From: Bacteroidia bacterium
Lineage (GTDB): Bacteria > Bacteroidota > Bacteroidia > AKYH767-A > OLB10
Direction: 5' to 3'
DNA length: 64,000 nucleotides
Assembly: GCA_038206385.1 (NCBI GenBank)
Contig: JBBRAW010000003.1
Coordinates: 17,211 to 81,210 of the forward strand
Every line of letters starts with the position of its first letter. Position 1 is the stretch's first letter. Shown one piece after another: positions 30,919 to 39,999 of this stretch. Under the pieces are notes generated by a model, which searched no databases, had not been told where the DNA came from, and worked only from the letters and a program-made list of their open reading frames with translations. The position numbers and the translations under genes are program-made.

Positions 30919-31023
30919 TTATCCTTTCTTATCCTTTTTTTCTTTCTTCTCCAAACGCTTTTCTTTTATCGTTTTTACTGGAGCTTTTTTTACATCCTTT
31001 TTTGCATCTTTTCCTTTTGACAT
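30919..31023 (-). CDS. possible 34-aa lysine-rich small protein (MSKGKDAKKDVKKAPVKTIKEKRLEKKEKKDKKG)
   Basis: Uninterrupted ATG..TAA frame on the - strand, found by eye. Below the ORF-track length cutoff. Speculative. Confidence 0.2.
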   Translation of the reverse strand: MSKGKDAKKDVKKAPVKTIKEKRLEKKEKKDKKG

Positions 31024-31122
31024 GTTTGTTTTTATTTTAGGTGTATGAATTACTTGTTAAATGAGTCAATTAAAATTTCGGAATAAAATTAAATATAATT
31101 TTAGAACTGAACAATTTCAAAA

Positions 31123-31428
31123 TTAAAAAATCACAGAAAATGCTATCAAGAAGGTAATCATAAATACCAATAGTAAAGCGATGATGAATATGTTATCAGC
31201 AATAAACTCATACCTTATTAAGAATTTTGGATTGTTAGTTCGAATGGAGAGAAACGAAAACAGACTAGATATCATTAACAATATTGCAGCAACTCCTGTC
31301 AGCTCATCAATTATTGATACTTCACTATACTTGGAGATTTTTAATGACGTTAATACTACCAAACAAAACCCCAATAAGTTAGATGAAGTATTTAATATAT
31401 GAGAAGATTTATTAGATGACATTTGCAA
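31123..31428 (-). CDS. hypothetical small membrane protein
   Basis: 101 aa with 2-3 hydrophobic helices. Same strand as DUF1003 and SDR genes inside the repeat-bounded cassette. Confidence 0.35.
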   Translation of the reverse strand: MQMSSNKSSHILNTSSNLLGFCLVVLTSLKISKYSEVSIIDELTGVAAILLMISSLFSFLSIRTNNPKFLIRYEFIADNIFIIALLLVFMITFLIAFSVIF

Positions 31429-31488
31429 ATTAGGTATTTTTCAAATCGAGTTTATATTCTTCCGGTCATGTCGAATAGTAATTCAATA

Positions 31489-31908
31489 TTACATTCTATT
31501 TTTTTTCATTTCTTCCAACATTTGAATAATCTTATCCAGCTTTTTAAGTTCGATCGCGTCTAATGTGACTTGAAGTGCTTCAATTTCCCTTTTAGCATCC
31601 AAATTAGTTTGATAGTCGGCCTTTGCTTGTATACGATCTCTTTCATTCTGCCGATTTTGAGCCATCATAATGATAGGGGCTGCATAAGCGGCTTGTGTGG
31701 AAAACAATAAATTAAGAAGTATAAAAGGATACACGTCCCAATGATTCACGAAGCCTAAAACATTTAATCCCATCCAGAGGATAACAAGTAATGTTTGAAT
31801 GATGATGAAGCGCCAAGAGCCCATCCCATTGGCAACCTTATCCGCTAAGCGTTGTCCAAATCCTAATGATTCATCATGCTCTTCATGCCATGTTTGCTTT
31901 TTTGTCAT
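31489..31908 (-). CDS. DUF1003 family membrane protein
   Basis: 'GSWRFIIIQTLLVILWMGLNV...YPFILLNLLFSTQAAYAAPIIMMAQNRQNERDR' matches the DUF1003 core. Confidence 0.7.
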   Translation of the reverse strand: MTKKQTWHEEHDESLGFGQRLADKVANGMGSWRFIIIQTLLVILWMGLNVLGFVNHWDVYPFILLNLLFSTQAAYAAPIIMMAQNRQNERDRIQAKADYQTNLDAKREIEALQVTLDAIELKKLDKIIQMLEEMKKNRM

Positions 31909-32059
31909 CTTGATTACGAATTAGATTTTAATTAATTAGATAAAAATAATTGAGCTTTTACAAACTAAAATGAAATTTAAATTAATGATCACAAATACTA
32001 GTAATAAAAAAATATTTACGCTTAATTTTTTAGTGGGGACAGTCCAAATATCTAAATTT

Positions 32060-32720
32060 TTATCGAGGATTCCGTATTACGATTAAATTCAGAAATTCAG
32101 GCCTCTCCTTCGCCCTTCGAAGGAGGGATTTTAAATTTACGATATCTAATGGGATTTTATTTCCAAGTAAAAACTTAAACTTAACCACGTGCGGCTGTGG
32201 TCAAGCTGAAATAAATTAAAAATTAGAAATTAAAAATTATCCCGAAGGGACCACTATGTGGCGAATTACGACAAAGAGCTACTTTGTTGAAATTTATGTA
32301 ACAATTTTATCGTGATTGTATTTTGAAGTCCTGATAACTATTGGTTACGCTTGTGTGGTGTTCTTTGGTTACTTTCTTTTGCCCACCAAAATGAATTTAA
32401 AAACACCCCGAAGGGGCCACTATGTGGCGAATTATCCCGAAGGGACCACTATGTGGCGAATTACGTTGGACAAGAGATATTTGAGTATAACCAAGTAAGT
32501 GCGTTGTGGTCAAGCATAAGTGCGAACTATCAATTGATGTACCGATGACGTAAATAGAAAGTACTGCCATTTTGCTTTCACTTAATAGCCTTTTTAGTTT
32601 GCATATTGTTCAAGTGATAGTTGGTTACGCTTGTGTGCTTTTCTTTTGTCACTTTCTTTTGCCCACCAAAAGAAAGTGACAAAACAAAATAGGATAACAA
32701 ATATTTATTAAAGCACAAAT
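32060..32720. repeat. repeat mosaic: GC palindrome site, partial B unit, 3 more A units, full B unit, two C units (one with perfect 18-bp-stem hairpin 32644-32684)
   Basis: A units at 32240, 32406, 32436 (the last two tandem). B at 32186 (partial) and 32490-32535. C units 32334-32395 and 32623-32690. Confidence 0.8.
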
Positions 32721-32830
32721 CAAAATCGATAGGCGAAAAATAATTTAACTAACCTCCAACATAATCATTCCATCTAATTTCCAAATACACAAAACAAATA
32801 AAGAGGAAATCACTCCTCTTTATTATTCCG

Positions 32831-32904
32831 TGGAGAATACCGGGATCGAACCGGTCACCTCTTGCATGCCATGCAAACGCTCTAGCCAGATGAGCTAATT
32901 CCCC
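32831..32904 (-). tRNA. tRNA-Ala (anticodon GGC)
   Basis: Cloverleaf reconstructed by hand. 7-bp acceptor stem with G3:U70, T-arm GGTTCGATCC, anticodon loop AT-GGC-AT, discriminator A. Confidence 0.8.
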
Positions 32905-32988
32905 ATGAAATTTAATTCCAATACTTAAAATAAATTACCCTTTAGGGAATAAAATATAAAGAACTATTTTAATGCAATCATAGTAAAA

Positions 32989-34269
32989 TTATTCAGCAGT
33001 AACCCATTTCGAATTACCATAAATACCTTTTACTTTTCCTCTAAATTTCATATCAATAAATGGCGTATTCCTCGATAATGATTTAATGTGTTTTGTTGTG
33101 AATTCCCATTCTTCATTTCTGTTGAACAAAGTACATTCTGCCTTTTGATTTTCTTGAATCGATAATGATGGCAGTCCTAAAATTTTGCGAGGATTACTAC
33201 TGAGTAACGTTGCAATTAATTTGGGAGTACTTCTTTTTCCTAAAGCTTTTTGTAACACTCCAAAAGCTGATTCTAATCCGATCATACCAAAAGCAGCAAA
33301 ATCAAATTCAACAACTTTAGATTCTGGATCTTCAGGAGAATGATCACTTACTACTACATCAATTGTTCCATCAAGAAGCGCATCAACCAATGCTATACGA
33401 TCAGCTTCAGAACGCAATGGTGGCTTTACTTTATAGTTAGTATCAAAATCATTTAGTGCATCATCACTCAGCAATAAATGATATACATAAACCTCAGCAG
33501 AAATTTTAACACCTCTCGCTTTTGCATTACGAATTACTTCCACTGCTGTTTTACTGCTTACACCAGAAATATGTAAATGTTGACCAGTATATTCTGTTAA
33601 AGATACTAATCGTTGCACATCAATTTCTTCGGCTATGGATGGTGACCCTTTAAAACCAAGTAGCGTTGTAACAGCGCTTTCATTTGCGATGTTCTCTCTC
33701 GATAATCCTATATCATCTGCAAAAGCGATAATTCTTGTTTTTATATTTCCAGCATATTGCATGGCACGCATCATCACTCCACTATCCGCTACTGAATGTT
33801 TATCATCACAGAAAGCAATTGCACCGCCCAATTGCATATCGTATAATTCATTGAGTTCTTTGCCAGCATGATTTTTTGTCAATGCGCCTGCTTGAAAAAC
33901 TGTAACTGCATTGGCCTCACTTTTTCTCATTACAAATTCAACATCTGATCGAGTTTGAATTTCAGGTTTCGTAGATGGCATTAAAAGTACCGCCGTAAAT
34001 CCTCCTTGTGCAGCCGCTGCTTGTCCACTAACAATTGTTTCTTTTTGTTCCTCACCAGGCTGACGAAAATTGGAACGCATATCCAACCAACCGATACTAA
34101 GGCAACAGTTTTTTCCGTCAATTATTTCTGTATCAGCTGGAATTTTTTCTTTTGATATTGAACTTGCAATCGTATGATAACTTCCATTCACAATAAATAC
34201 GTCAACAATTTTTCCATTGAATGCTGATGTCGGATCAACGATTTCCACTTGACGAATCAATAGTTTCAT
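32989..34269 (-). CDS. pyrC: dihydroorotase (amidohydrolase superfamily)
   Basis: Metal-binding 'HLHISGVSS', 'DHSPE'. 426 aa, typical Bacteroidota PyrC length. Confidence 0.8.
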   Translation of the reverse strand: MKLLIRQVEIVDPTSAFNGKIVDVFIVNGSYHTIASSISKEKIPADTEIIDGKNCCLSIGWLDMRSNFRQPGEEQKETIVSGQAAAAQGGFTAVLLMPSTKPEIQTRSDVEFVMRKSEANAVTVFQAGALTKNHAGKELNELYDMQLGGAIAFCDDKHSVADSGVMMRAMQYAGNIKTRIIAFADDIGLSRENIANESAVTTLLGFKGSPSIAEEIDVQRLVSLTEYTGQHLHISGVSSKTAVEVIRNAKARGVKISAEVYVYHLLLSDDALNDFDTNYKVKPPLRSEADRIALVDALLDGTIDVVVSDHSPEDPESKVVEFDFAAFGMIGLESAFGVLQKALGKRSTPKLIATLLSSNPRKILGLPSLSIQENQKAECTLFNRNEEWEFTTKHIKSLSRNTPFIDMKFRGKVKGIYGNSKWVTAE

Positions 34270-36314
34270 GCAGCTTTCCAGAATCTTAGAATAATTGTTT
34301 CAGCTAATAAGAAAAACAATGCGAGCAATATGCAATATTTCCATAAAGCAATTCCTTCAGCCATTTGATTTAATGTTTTTGTAAGATCTGTTGCATTGGG
34401 TTTAAAAAACTGCATCTGACTTAAATGTGCGGCATCACCTTTGGCAGAAATTTCTTCGGCAGATAAATACGTTAACACGGATTCTTTACGATCATAATTG
34501 AATGCAATAACAGCAGCTATTCCTTGCGCAGAATTTAATTCATAAGAACCTGCTTGATTCACTTGTCCAGAAGTATTTATTTGAATTCCACCAGCAACAT
34601 TTCGATGCGCAGGAATTAAATCTACTTTTAAATTTTTATTTACAAGATGAAATGTCTCATCTGCTCCAATACTTACTCGATCTAATTCAATTGGCAACTC
34701 TCGTCCAAGTGTGTAGGAGAAAGCAGGCTGACGCATACTTAACAATGCCATCTTATAAAGTACAGGAACAATCATCGCATGACGCGCTAAATTGCTAAAG
34801 CCAGGATTCAATGGTACTGAAAAAAGATAAATAGTTCCTTTCCCTAAAGTATATTCTGTTAATAAAGGATCACCACCTTGCAATTGCATCAACACTAATC
34901 TACTTGCACTTCCTTTCGATAATGGAAAATGTTTTAATGTAACTGGATAATCAATAGCATCTGAAGATCGTTTGTTGTTGTCAAATACATCAACAAATAA
35001 TGGATGTTTAGTATCCACACGTTCTACCTTATCAATAGCAGTAACAGCTGGTGAGAATGCATCCCCTTTCAAAAAAGAATTATAACTTGCTAAATCGGAA
35101 AGGCTATCAGGAAAAATAACAATTGATCCACCACCAATTAAATATTTCTCTAACTCTTGACTTAGTCCAGAAGATAATGATGGTATCTCATTTAGAATCA
35201 CTAAATCTTGCTGTGGCAATTGCGAATAATCCACCTGACTAGAAGCCGATTTATTAAAGATAAAGAAATCATCTTTACCAAATAATGCATTTAAGTAAGG
35301 ACCTGTTTCATGCCCATCAATACTTAAAACTTTTAATTTCTCTTTAACTTCAAATGCTAAATAATATGTATCATCAAATGTTATTGGCTGATCCGTAATT
35401 TGCACTTCAGTACTTTGCCAACCAGGAGTATTAACAGTAAAATTTAATGAAGTAACTACTGATTGTCCAGCAGGAATCGGTGTACTTGCAACTGCACGTT
35501 GACTGCCATTAACGATTAACCGAATAGGTACATTTTCAGCAACTTTATCACCACTGTTACTTATTTTCACAAATAAATTTACTGGTCTGTTTAATTGCAC
35601 TACTGGACTTTCTAACCAACAAGAGTCTATAAAAATATTTGAAACAGCTTGTACAGGTAATGAAACAATATTTAAACCAAGTGATGAATCAGATTTAATA
35701 TTTTCAATATCTGAAGTACTACTTTGGAAATCACTTATTAGAAATGATTGTTTACTGTCATCTTTAGATTGATTTAATGCTTCTTCTTGTCGAGATACGA
35801 CTGATGATAACATTCGAGAAACTGGAGAAACTTTCACATGATCTAGCTCTTCTAAAAATTCATCACGACTAAACAATCGCTGATGTACTGCTTCAAAATC
35901 GTTTGTTAGCAATTGGAATTTTGTAGATGCTGAATATGCTGATGCAATCTCTCTTGCTTTACGACGAGCAACATCCAATAATGTTCCTTCACGAGTAATC
36001 CCTTCCATACTGAAAGAATTATCAACATAAATACTTACCGAACGATTGGCAGAACGATTAGCTGCTTTACCAACAGGAATAATTGGCTGGGCAAATGCAA
36101 GTACTAAAAATATTACAGCGAGAATTCTGCAAGCAAGCACAAGTAAATGTTTTAAACGACTTAAGCGAGTAGTTTCTTCCTTTAACTCTTGTAGAAAACG
36201 AACATTGGTAAAATATGCCTTCTTGAACTTCCGAAAATTAAAGAGATGGATAAGAATAGGAATTGCAACGAGTGAAAGGGCAAAGAGGAATGTTGGGATT
36301 AGAAAGCTGATCAC
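34266..36314 (-). CDS. BatA-domain-containing membrane protein (N-terminal double-transmembrane domain, C-terminal TM anchor)
   Basis: N-terminus 'FLFALSLVAIPILIHLFNFRK...LAVIFLVLAFAQP' matches the double-TM BatA N-domain. C-terminal hydrophobic helix. Confidence 0.5.
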   Translation of the reverse strand: MISFLIPTFLFALSLVAIPILIHLFNFRKFKKAYFTNVRFLQELKEETTRLSRLKHLLVLACRILAVIFLVLAFAQPIIPVGKAANRSANRSVSIYVDNSFSMEGITREGTLLDVARRKAREIASAYSASTKFQLLTNDFEAVHQRLFSRDEFLEELDHVKVSPVSRMLSSVVSRQEEALNQSKDDSKQSFLISDFQSSTSDIENIKSDSSLGLNIVSLPVQAVSNIFIDSCWLESPVVQLNRPVNLFVKISNSGDKVAENVPIRLIVNGSQRAVASTPIPAGQSVVTSLNFTVNTPGWQSTEVQITDQPITFDDTYYLAFEVKEKLKVLSIDGHETGPYLNALFGKDDFFIFNKSASSQVDYSQLPQQDLVILNEIPSLSSGLSQELEKYLIGGGSIVIFPDSLSDLASYNSFLKGDAFSPAVTAIDKVERVDTKHPLFVDVFDNNKRSSDAIDYPVTLKHFPLSKGSASRLVLMQLQGGDPLLTEYTLGKGTIYLFSVPLNPGFSNLARHAMIVPVLYKMALLSMRQPAFSYTLGRELPIELDRVSIGADETFHLVNKNLKVDLIPAHRNVAGGIQINTSGQVNQAGSYELNSAQGIAAVIAFNYDRKESVLTYLSAEEISAKGDAAHLSQMQFFKPNATDLTKTLNQMAEGIALWKYCILLALFFLLAETIILRFWKAA

Positions 36315-36737
36315 AGGTTTTAGCTATTACCCTGCGAAAATAGTAATTCCTAGTCAATTTGCCAATGATAATTTGAAATCACGATAGCTATCAGGTTAGT
36401 ATTTTAAAAGTTAGATACTATTCGAAAAATCTAAAGCATTCATTTGACTCAATAATTTTCAAAGTTTACATACTGACACATTTAATTATTATTGAAAATG
36501 TTAGATGACATTCCTTGTGAATTTAATTTTGTGTTGCAACGAAAAACTGGAAAGTGCGTTTGAAATAATAGTTATTAAACATTAGGAATAAATATTAAAA
36601 GTGATCACAATACTTGATAGAATTATGAATCAACCTTTTAACCAACGTTCTTATTAACACTTGTATGTAGAATTCTATTTTATACTTTCTAACAAAGATC
36701 CATTAACATTCCGTTATCTTAGAAAAAACAAGCGCAC

Positions 36738-38102
36738 ATGGCTCGAGCAATAACTACTACAAAAGAAAAAGACCGCAAAATTTTTGTTCTTGATACTTCT
36801 GCTATTTTATTTGATCATAATGCCTATTTTAATTTTAAGGAGCATGATGTTGCAATACCAATTACTGTTCTCGAAGAAATTGATCGTTTTAAAAAAGGAA
36901 ATGATGTTATAAATTTTGAGGCAAGGGAATTCATTCGAAGTATTGATAAACTTTCGGGAAACTTTTCACTGCAAGATTGGATTCCATTGAATGGACCTAC
37001 TAAAGGCAAATTTCGAGTATTGATGAATGAGAAATCGAGTAAGATCGATGCTGATATTGTTTTTGGTGAAAAGAAAGCAGATCATCGAATTCTCAATGCT
37101 GCATTATCAATTCAAAGTGAATATCCTCATCGTAAAGTTGTATTAATAAGCAAGGATATAAATCTGAGGTTAAAGGCTAAATCATTAAATCTAGCTGCTG
37201 AAGATTACCAAACAGGAAAAGTTAAAGATATCAGTGAGCTTTATACAGGTAAATCACTTGTTGAAAATTTAAGCAAGAAAGTTATCGATAAGATTTACCA
37301 AGATGGATGGTGTGCATGGAAAGATGTGGTGAAAGAAAGGCCACAAAACAATCATTACTTTATTTTAAGAGGTAAATCAGATAGTGGATCTGCTTCTGCG
37401 CTGGGATATTTTAATCCGCAAAATGAACGTATTGAACGCGTAAATAAAGAAGCCGCTGCTGGTATTCGTCCGCGAAATGCAGAACAAGCTTTTGCGATGC
37501 ACGCTGTGTTAAACCCAAACATTTTGCTTACAACAATTATGGGCGTTGCAGGTACTGGTAAAACATTACTTGCTTTAGCTTCTGCGATGGAACAAAAAAG
37601 TAAGTACCGACAAATATTTCTTGCGCGACCAATTGTTCCTCTAAGCAACAAAGACATTGGATTTCTTCCTGGTGATATTAAATCGAAAATCAATCCATAC
37701 ATGGAGCCATTGTGGGATAATTTAAAATTTATTCAAAGCCAATATCGTGAGACTGATAAAGAATTTCAGAAAATAAATGACATGGTGGAAAATGAAAAAT
37801 TACATATCACACCATTGGCATATATTAGAGGAAGAAGCTTGAGCAATATTTGTTTCATTATTGATGAAGCACAAAATTTAACGCCTCATGAAGTAAAAAC
37901 GATCATTACACGAGCAGGTGAAGGAACGAAAATTATTTTCACTGGAGATATTTTTCAGATTGATACTCCATATTTGGATTCACATAGTAATGGTCTAAGT
38001 ACTTTGATAGACAAAATGAAAAATCAAGCATTGTATGCCCATATTACGCTTGAGAAAGGAGAAAGAAGTGAGTTGGCAAATCTCGCAGGAACATTGTTGT
38101 AA
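36738..38102 (+). CDS. PhoH-like ATPase with N-terminal PIN domain (YlaK-like)
   Basis: PIN acidic residues near the N-terminus. Walker A 'GVAGTGKT'. PhoH C-terminal 'IIFTGDIFQID'. Confidence 0.9.
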   Translation: MARAITTTKEKDRKIFVLDTSAILFDHNAYFNFKEHDVAIPITVLEEIDRFKKGNDVINFEAREFIRSIDKLSGNFSLQDWIPLNGPTKGKFRVLMNEKSSKIDADIVFGEKKADHRILNAALSIQSEYPHRKVVLISKDINLRLKAKSLNLAAEDYQTGKVKDISELYTGKSLVENLSKKVIDKIYQDGWCAWKDVVKERPQNNHYFILRGKSDSGSASALGYFNPQNERIERVNKEAAAGIRPRNAEQAFAMHAVLNPNILLTTIMGVAGTGKTLLALASAMEQKSKYRQIFLARPIVPLSNKDIGFLPGDIKSKINPYMEPLWDNLKFIQSQYRETDKEFQKINDMVENEKLHITPLAYIRGRSLSNICFIIDEAQNLTPHEVKTIITRAGEGTKIIFTGDIFQIDTPYLDSHSNGLSTLIDKMKNQALYAHITLEKGERSELANLAGTLL

Positions 38103-38123
38103 TGATTATTACAATTTAATTAA

Positions 38124-38168
38124 AAAGCCCTGAAGTCTGACGAATGTCTGGACTTCAGGGCTTTTAAA
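38124..38168. terminator. bidirectional rho-independent terminator between convergent genes
   Basis: 'agccctgaagtc...gacttcagggctttt' 12-bp perfect stem, A-tract upstream and T-tract downstream. Confidence 0.8.
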
Positions 38169-38181
38169 ATTTATAAATGAA

Positions 38182-38487
38182 TTATTTGCCTTTGGCCTTG
38201 TCCATCATTTTATCACCTGATTTCTTTGCTTTATCCATTGCTTTATCTGCATGATTTTTTGCAGTATCAGCAACAGCGGTAACAGTGCTATCCACTTTGT
38301 TCATTGCAGTATCAACAGTTGCAGCAGCAGCAGTTGCAGCTTCTTCAGCAGCTTGCATCGCAGATTCAGCAGCAGCAGTTGAGTCAGCTATACGTTTTTC
38401 GTCAGCTGCTTTTTGTTCAGCACTTGGACCACAAGCCACAAGAGAAAACATTCCAGCAATCATTGCTAGTGTAAATATTTTTTTCAT
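38182..38487 (-). CDS. small Ala-rich lipoprotein (paralogue 1)
   Basis: Signal peptide + lipobox 'LVAC'. Low-complexity ADS/AA repeats. Paralogous to next ORF. Confidence 0.6.
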   Translation of the reverse strand: MKKIFTLAMIAGMFSLVACGPSAEQKAADEKRIADSTAAAESAMQAAEEAATAAAATVDTAMNKVDSTVTAVADTAKNHADKAMDKAKKSGDKMMDKAKGK

Positions 38488-38513
38488 TTTAATTTATCTG
38501 AATATTTTTAGTA

Positions 38514-38849
38514 TTAACCTTTACCTTGACCAGCTTTAACATCTTTAGGCTTAATAGTTGGCTTAACCGGTTTAATTGTTGGCTTTTTAACCTTGTTTTT
38601 TAAACCTGCAATTGAATCAGCACTCATTTTAGCAGCAACCGAATCAGCGGCCATTTTAGCAGCACTTGCCATGCTATCAGCTTGCATTTTCTGCACCTGC
38701 ATCATAGAATCTTGAACTCTAGCTGATGCAACAGCAGCAATAGAGTCAGCGGCTAACTTTTCTTTAGCAGCTTTTTCTTCAGCGCTAGGTCCGCATGCAA
38801 CAAAAGCCATCATTCCGGCTCCGATCATAAGTAGAGAAATTTTTTTCAT
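38514..38849 (-). CDS. small Ala-rich lipoprotein (paralogue 2)
   Basis: 'MKKISLLMIGAGMMAFVACGPSAEEKAAKEK' closely parallels paralogue 1. 'ADS(I/M/V)A' repeats. Confidence 0.6.
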   Translation of the reverse strand: MKKISLLMIGAGMMAFVACGPSAEEKAAKEKLAADSIAAVASARVQDSMMQVQKMQADSMASAAKMAADSVAAKMSADSIAGLKNKVKKPTIKPVKPTIKPKDVKAGQGKG

Positions 38850-38978
38850 TTATTTTGAATTTGGAGGCACAAAGGTATAAATCAAATTCTTATGAGCAAA
38901 TTGAATTTTAACAATCATTTACTTTAATTAAAATGTATTTTTATACCTTTACCCTTTCAAAAAAAATATCAAAATAAA

Positions 38979-39644
38979 ATGAAAAAAATTCTTCTATCTG
39001 CCCTCTTACTTGCAGCCACTGCAACTCTTTACACAGGATGTAAAAAAGATAGCGACACAACAGGTCCAGTAATTACTATTGATGGCAATAATCCAGATTA
39101 CAGTATTTTAAAATTGACTTATACTGACGCAGGTGCAACGGCAAATGATGATGTTGATGGAATGGTACTTACTACCTCAACTGATAACGTTAACAATCTT
39201 TTAGCAGGTTCTTATGTAGTAACCTATACAGCTAAGGATAAAGCGGGTAATTCTAGTACTGAAATCCGTGATGTGAATGTTGTAAATATGAGTGGATCTT
39301 ATGCAGCAAAAGATACTTGTTATATCATACCAGCAGATACAGCATCACATTATACTGAAACAGTAACTGTTGCAACAGCAAATATAAACTTCTCAAGATT
39401 CGGCAATTATGATAATGGAGCTGTTTATGGAACAATATTAGGTAACCATACTGATGGTTATACTATTGTTATTCCAAATCAAACTGTTCTTTGTGGTATG
39501 ATTCCAGTAAATCGTATTTTCTCTGGAACAGGAACGATTTCTTTTGCAACAAATGGAACTACAGTTGTTAGAACTATGATAGTTAATTTTACTGAAGTAA
39601 CAAATGGAACGACAGCGAACTGTACTGATACCTATATAAAGTAA
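38979..39644 (+). CDS. lipoprotein with Ig-like (DUF5011/HYR-like) domain
   Basis: Signal peptide + 'YTGC' lipobox. 'GPVITIDGNNPDYS...YTDAGATANDDVDG...GSYVVTYTAKDKAGN' Ig-like pattern. Confidence 0.55.
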   Translation: MKKILLSALLLAATATLYTGCKKDSDTTGPVITIDGNNPDYSILKLTYTDAGATANDDVDGMVLTTSTDNVNNLLAGSYVVTYTAKDKAGNSSTEIRDVNVVNMSGSYAAKDTCYIIPADTASHYTETVTVATANINFSRFGNYDNGAVYGTILGNHTDGYTIVIPNQTVLCGMIPVNRIFSGTGTISFATNGTTVVRTMIVNFTEVTNGTTANCTDTYIK

Positions 39645-39663
39645 TTATTAATTAATCAATAAA

Positions 39664-39701
39664 TAATAGCCCTGTAGTAGACACTACAGGGCTATTATTT
39701 T
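39664..39701 (+). terminator. rho-independent terminator (palindromic element 'aatagccctgtagt-agac-actacagggctatt' + T-tract)
   Basis: 14-bp stem. The same element occurs in reverse orientation at 57574-57610. Confidence 0.8.
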
Positions 39702-39999
39702 TCTGTAAACTATTAATTTTATGGTTAAAACCTAAATCCGGATAATATTAATAGTCCAGAAGCTAAAATTAAAAGTGACACAGAAAGGCGGGTGAAACTA
39801 GCATTGTGCAATTTCAATTCTGGAGTAGTATCTTTTTTCATCATTTTGTTATTTCCTCAACTAAGGCAAACACTGTACCTTTTATTATTTTCCTACGGAG
39901 TTTATTACCGTGTTCCAATAGCATAACTGTTGTTTCACCCATATTGATCTTTTTCCTCCATCGATATCGATTAATTCTTCTCTTTGATACCTTTGCGCC

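Noticed and set aside
32316-32548. Two overlapping 60-65-aa + ORFs inside the repeat mosaic
   Set aside because: They are translations of the A/C repeat units themselves ('HYVANY' arises from 'ccactatgtggcgaattac' repeated). Artefact of repeats.
29680-32990. Integrase, recombinase or transposase adjacent to tRNA-Ala that would define a classical genomic island
   Set aside because: No ORF with tyrosine or serine recombinase motifs on either strand. The only transposase in the window is the Y1 enzyme at 51.2 kb.
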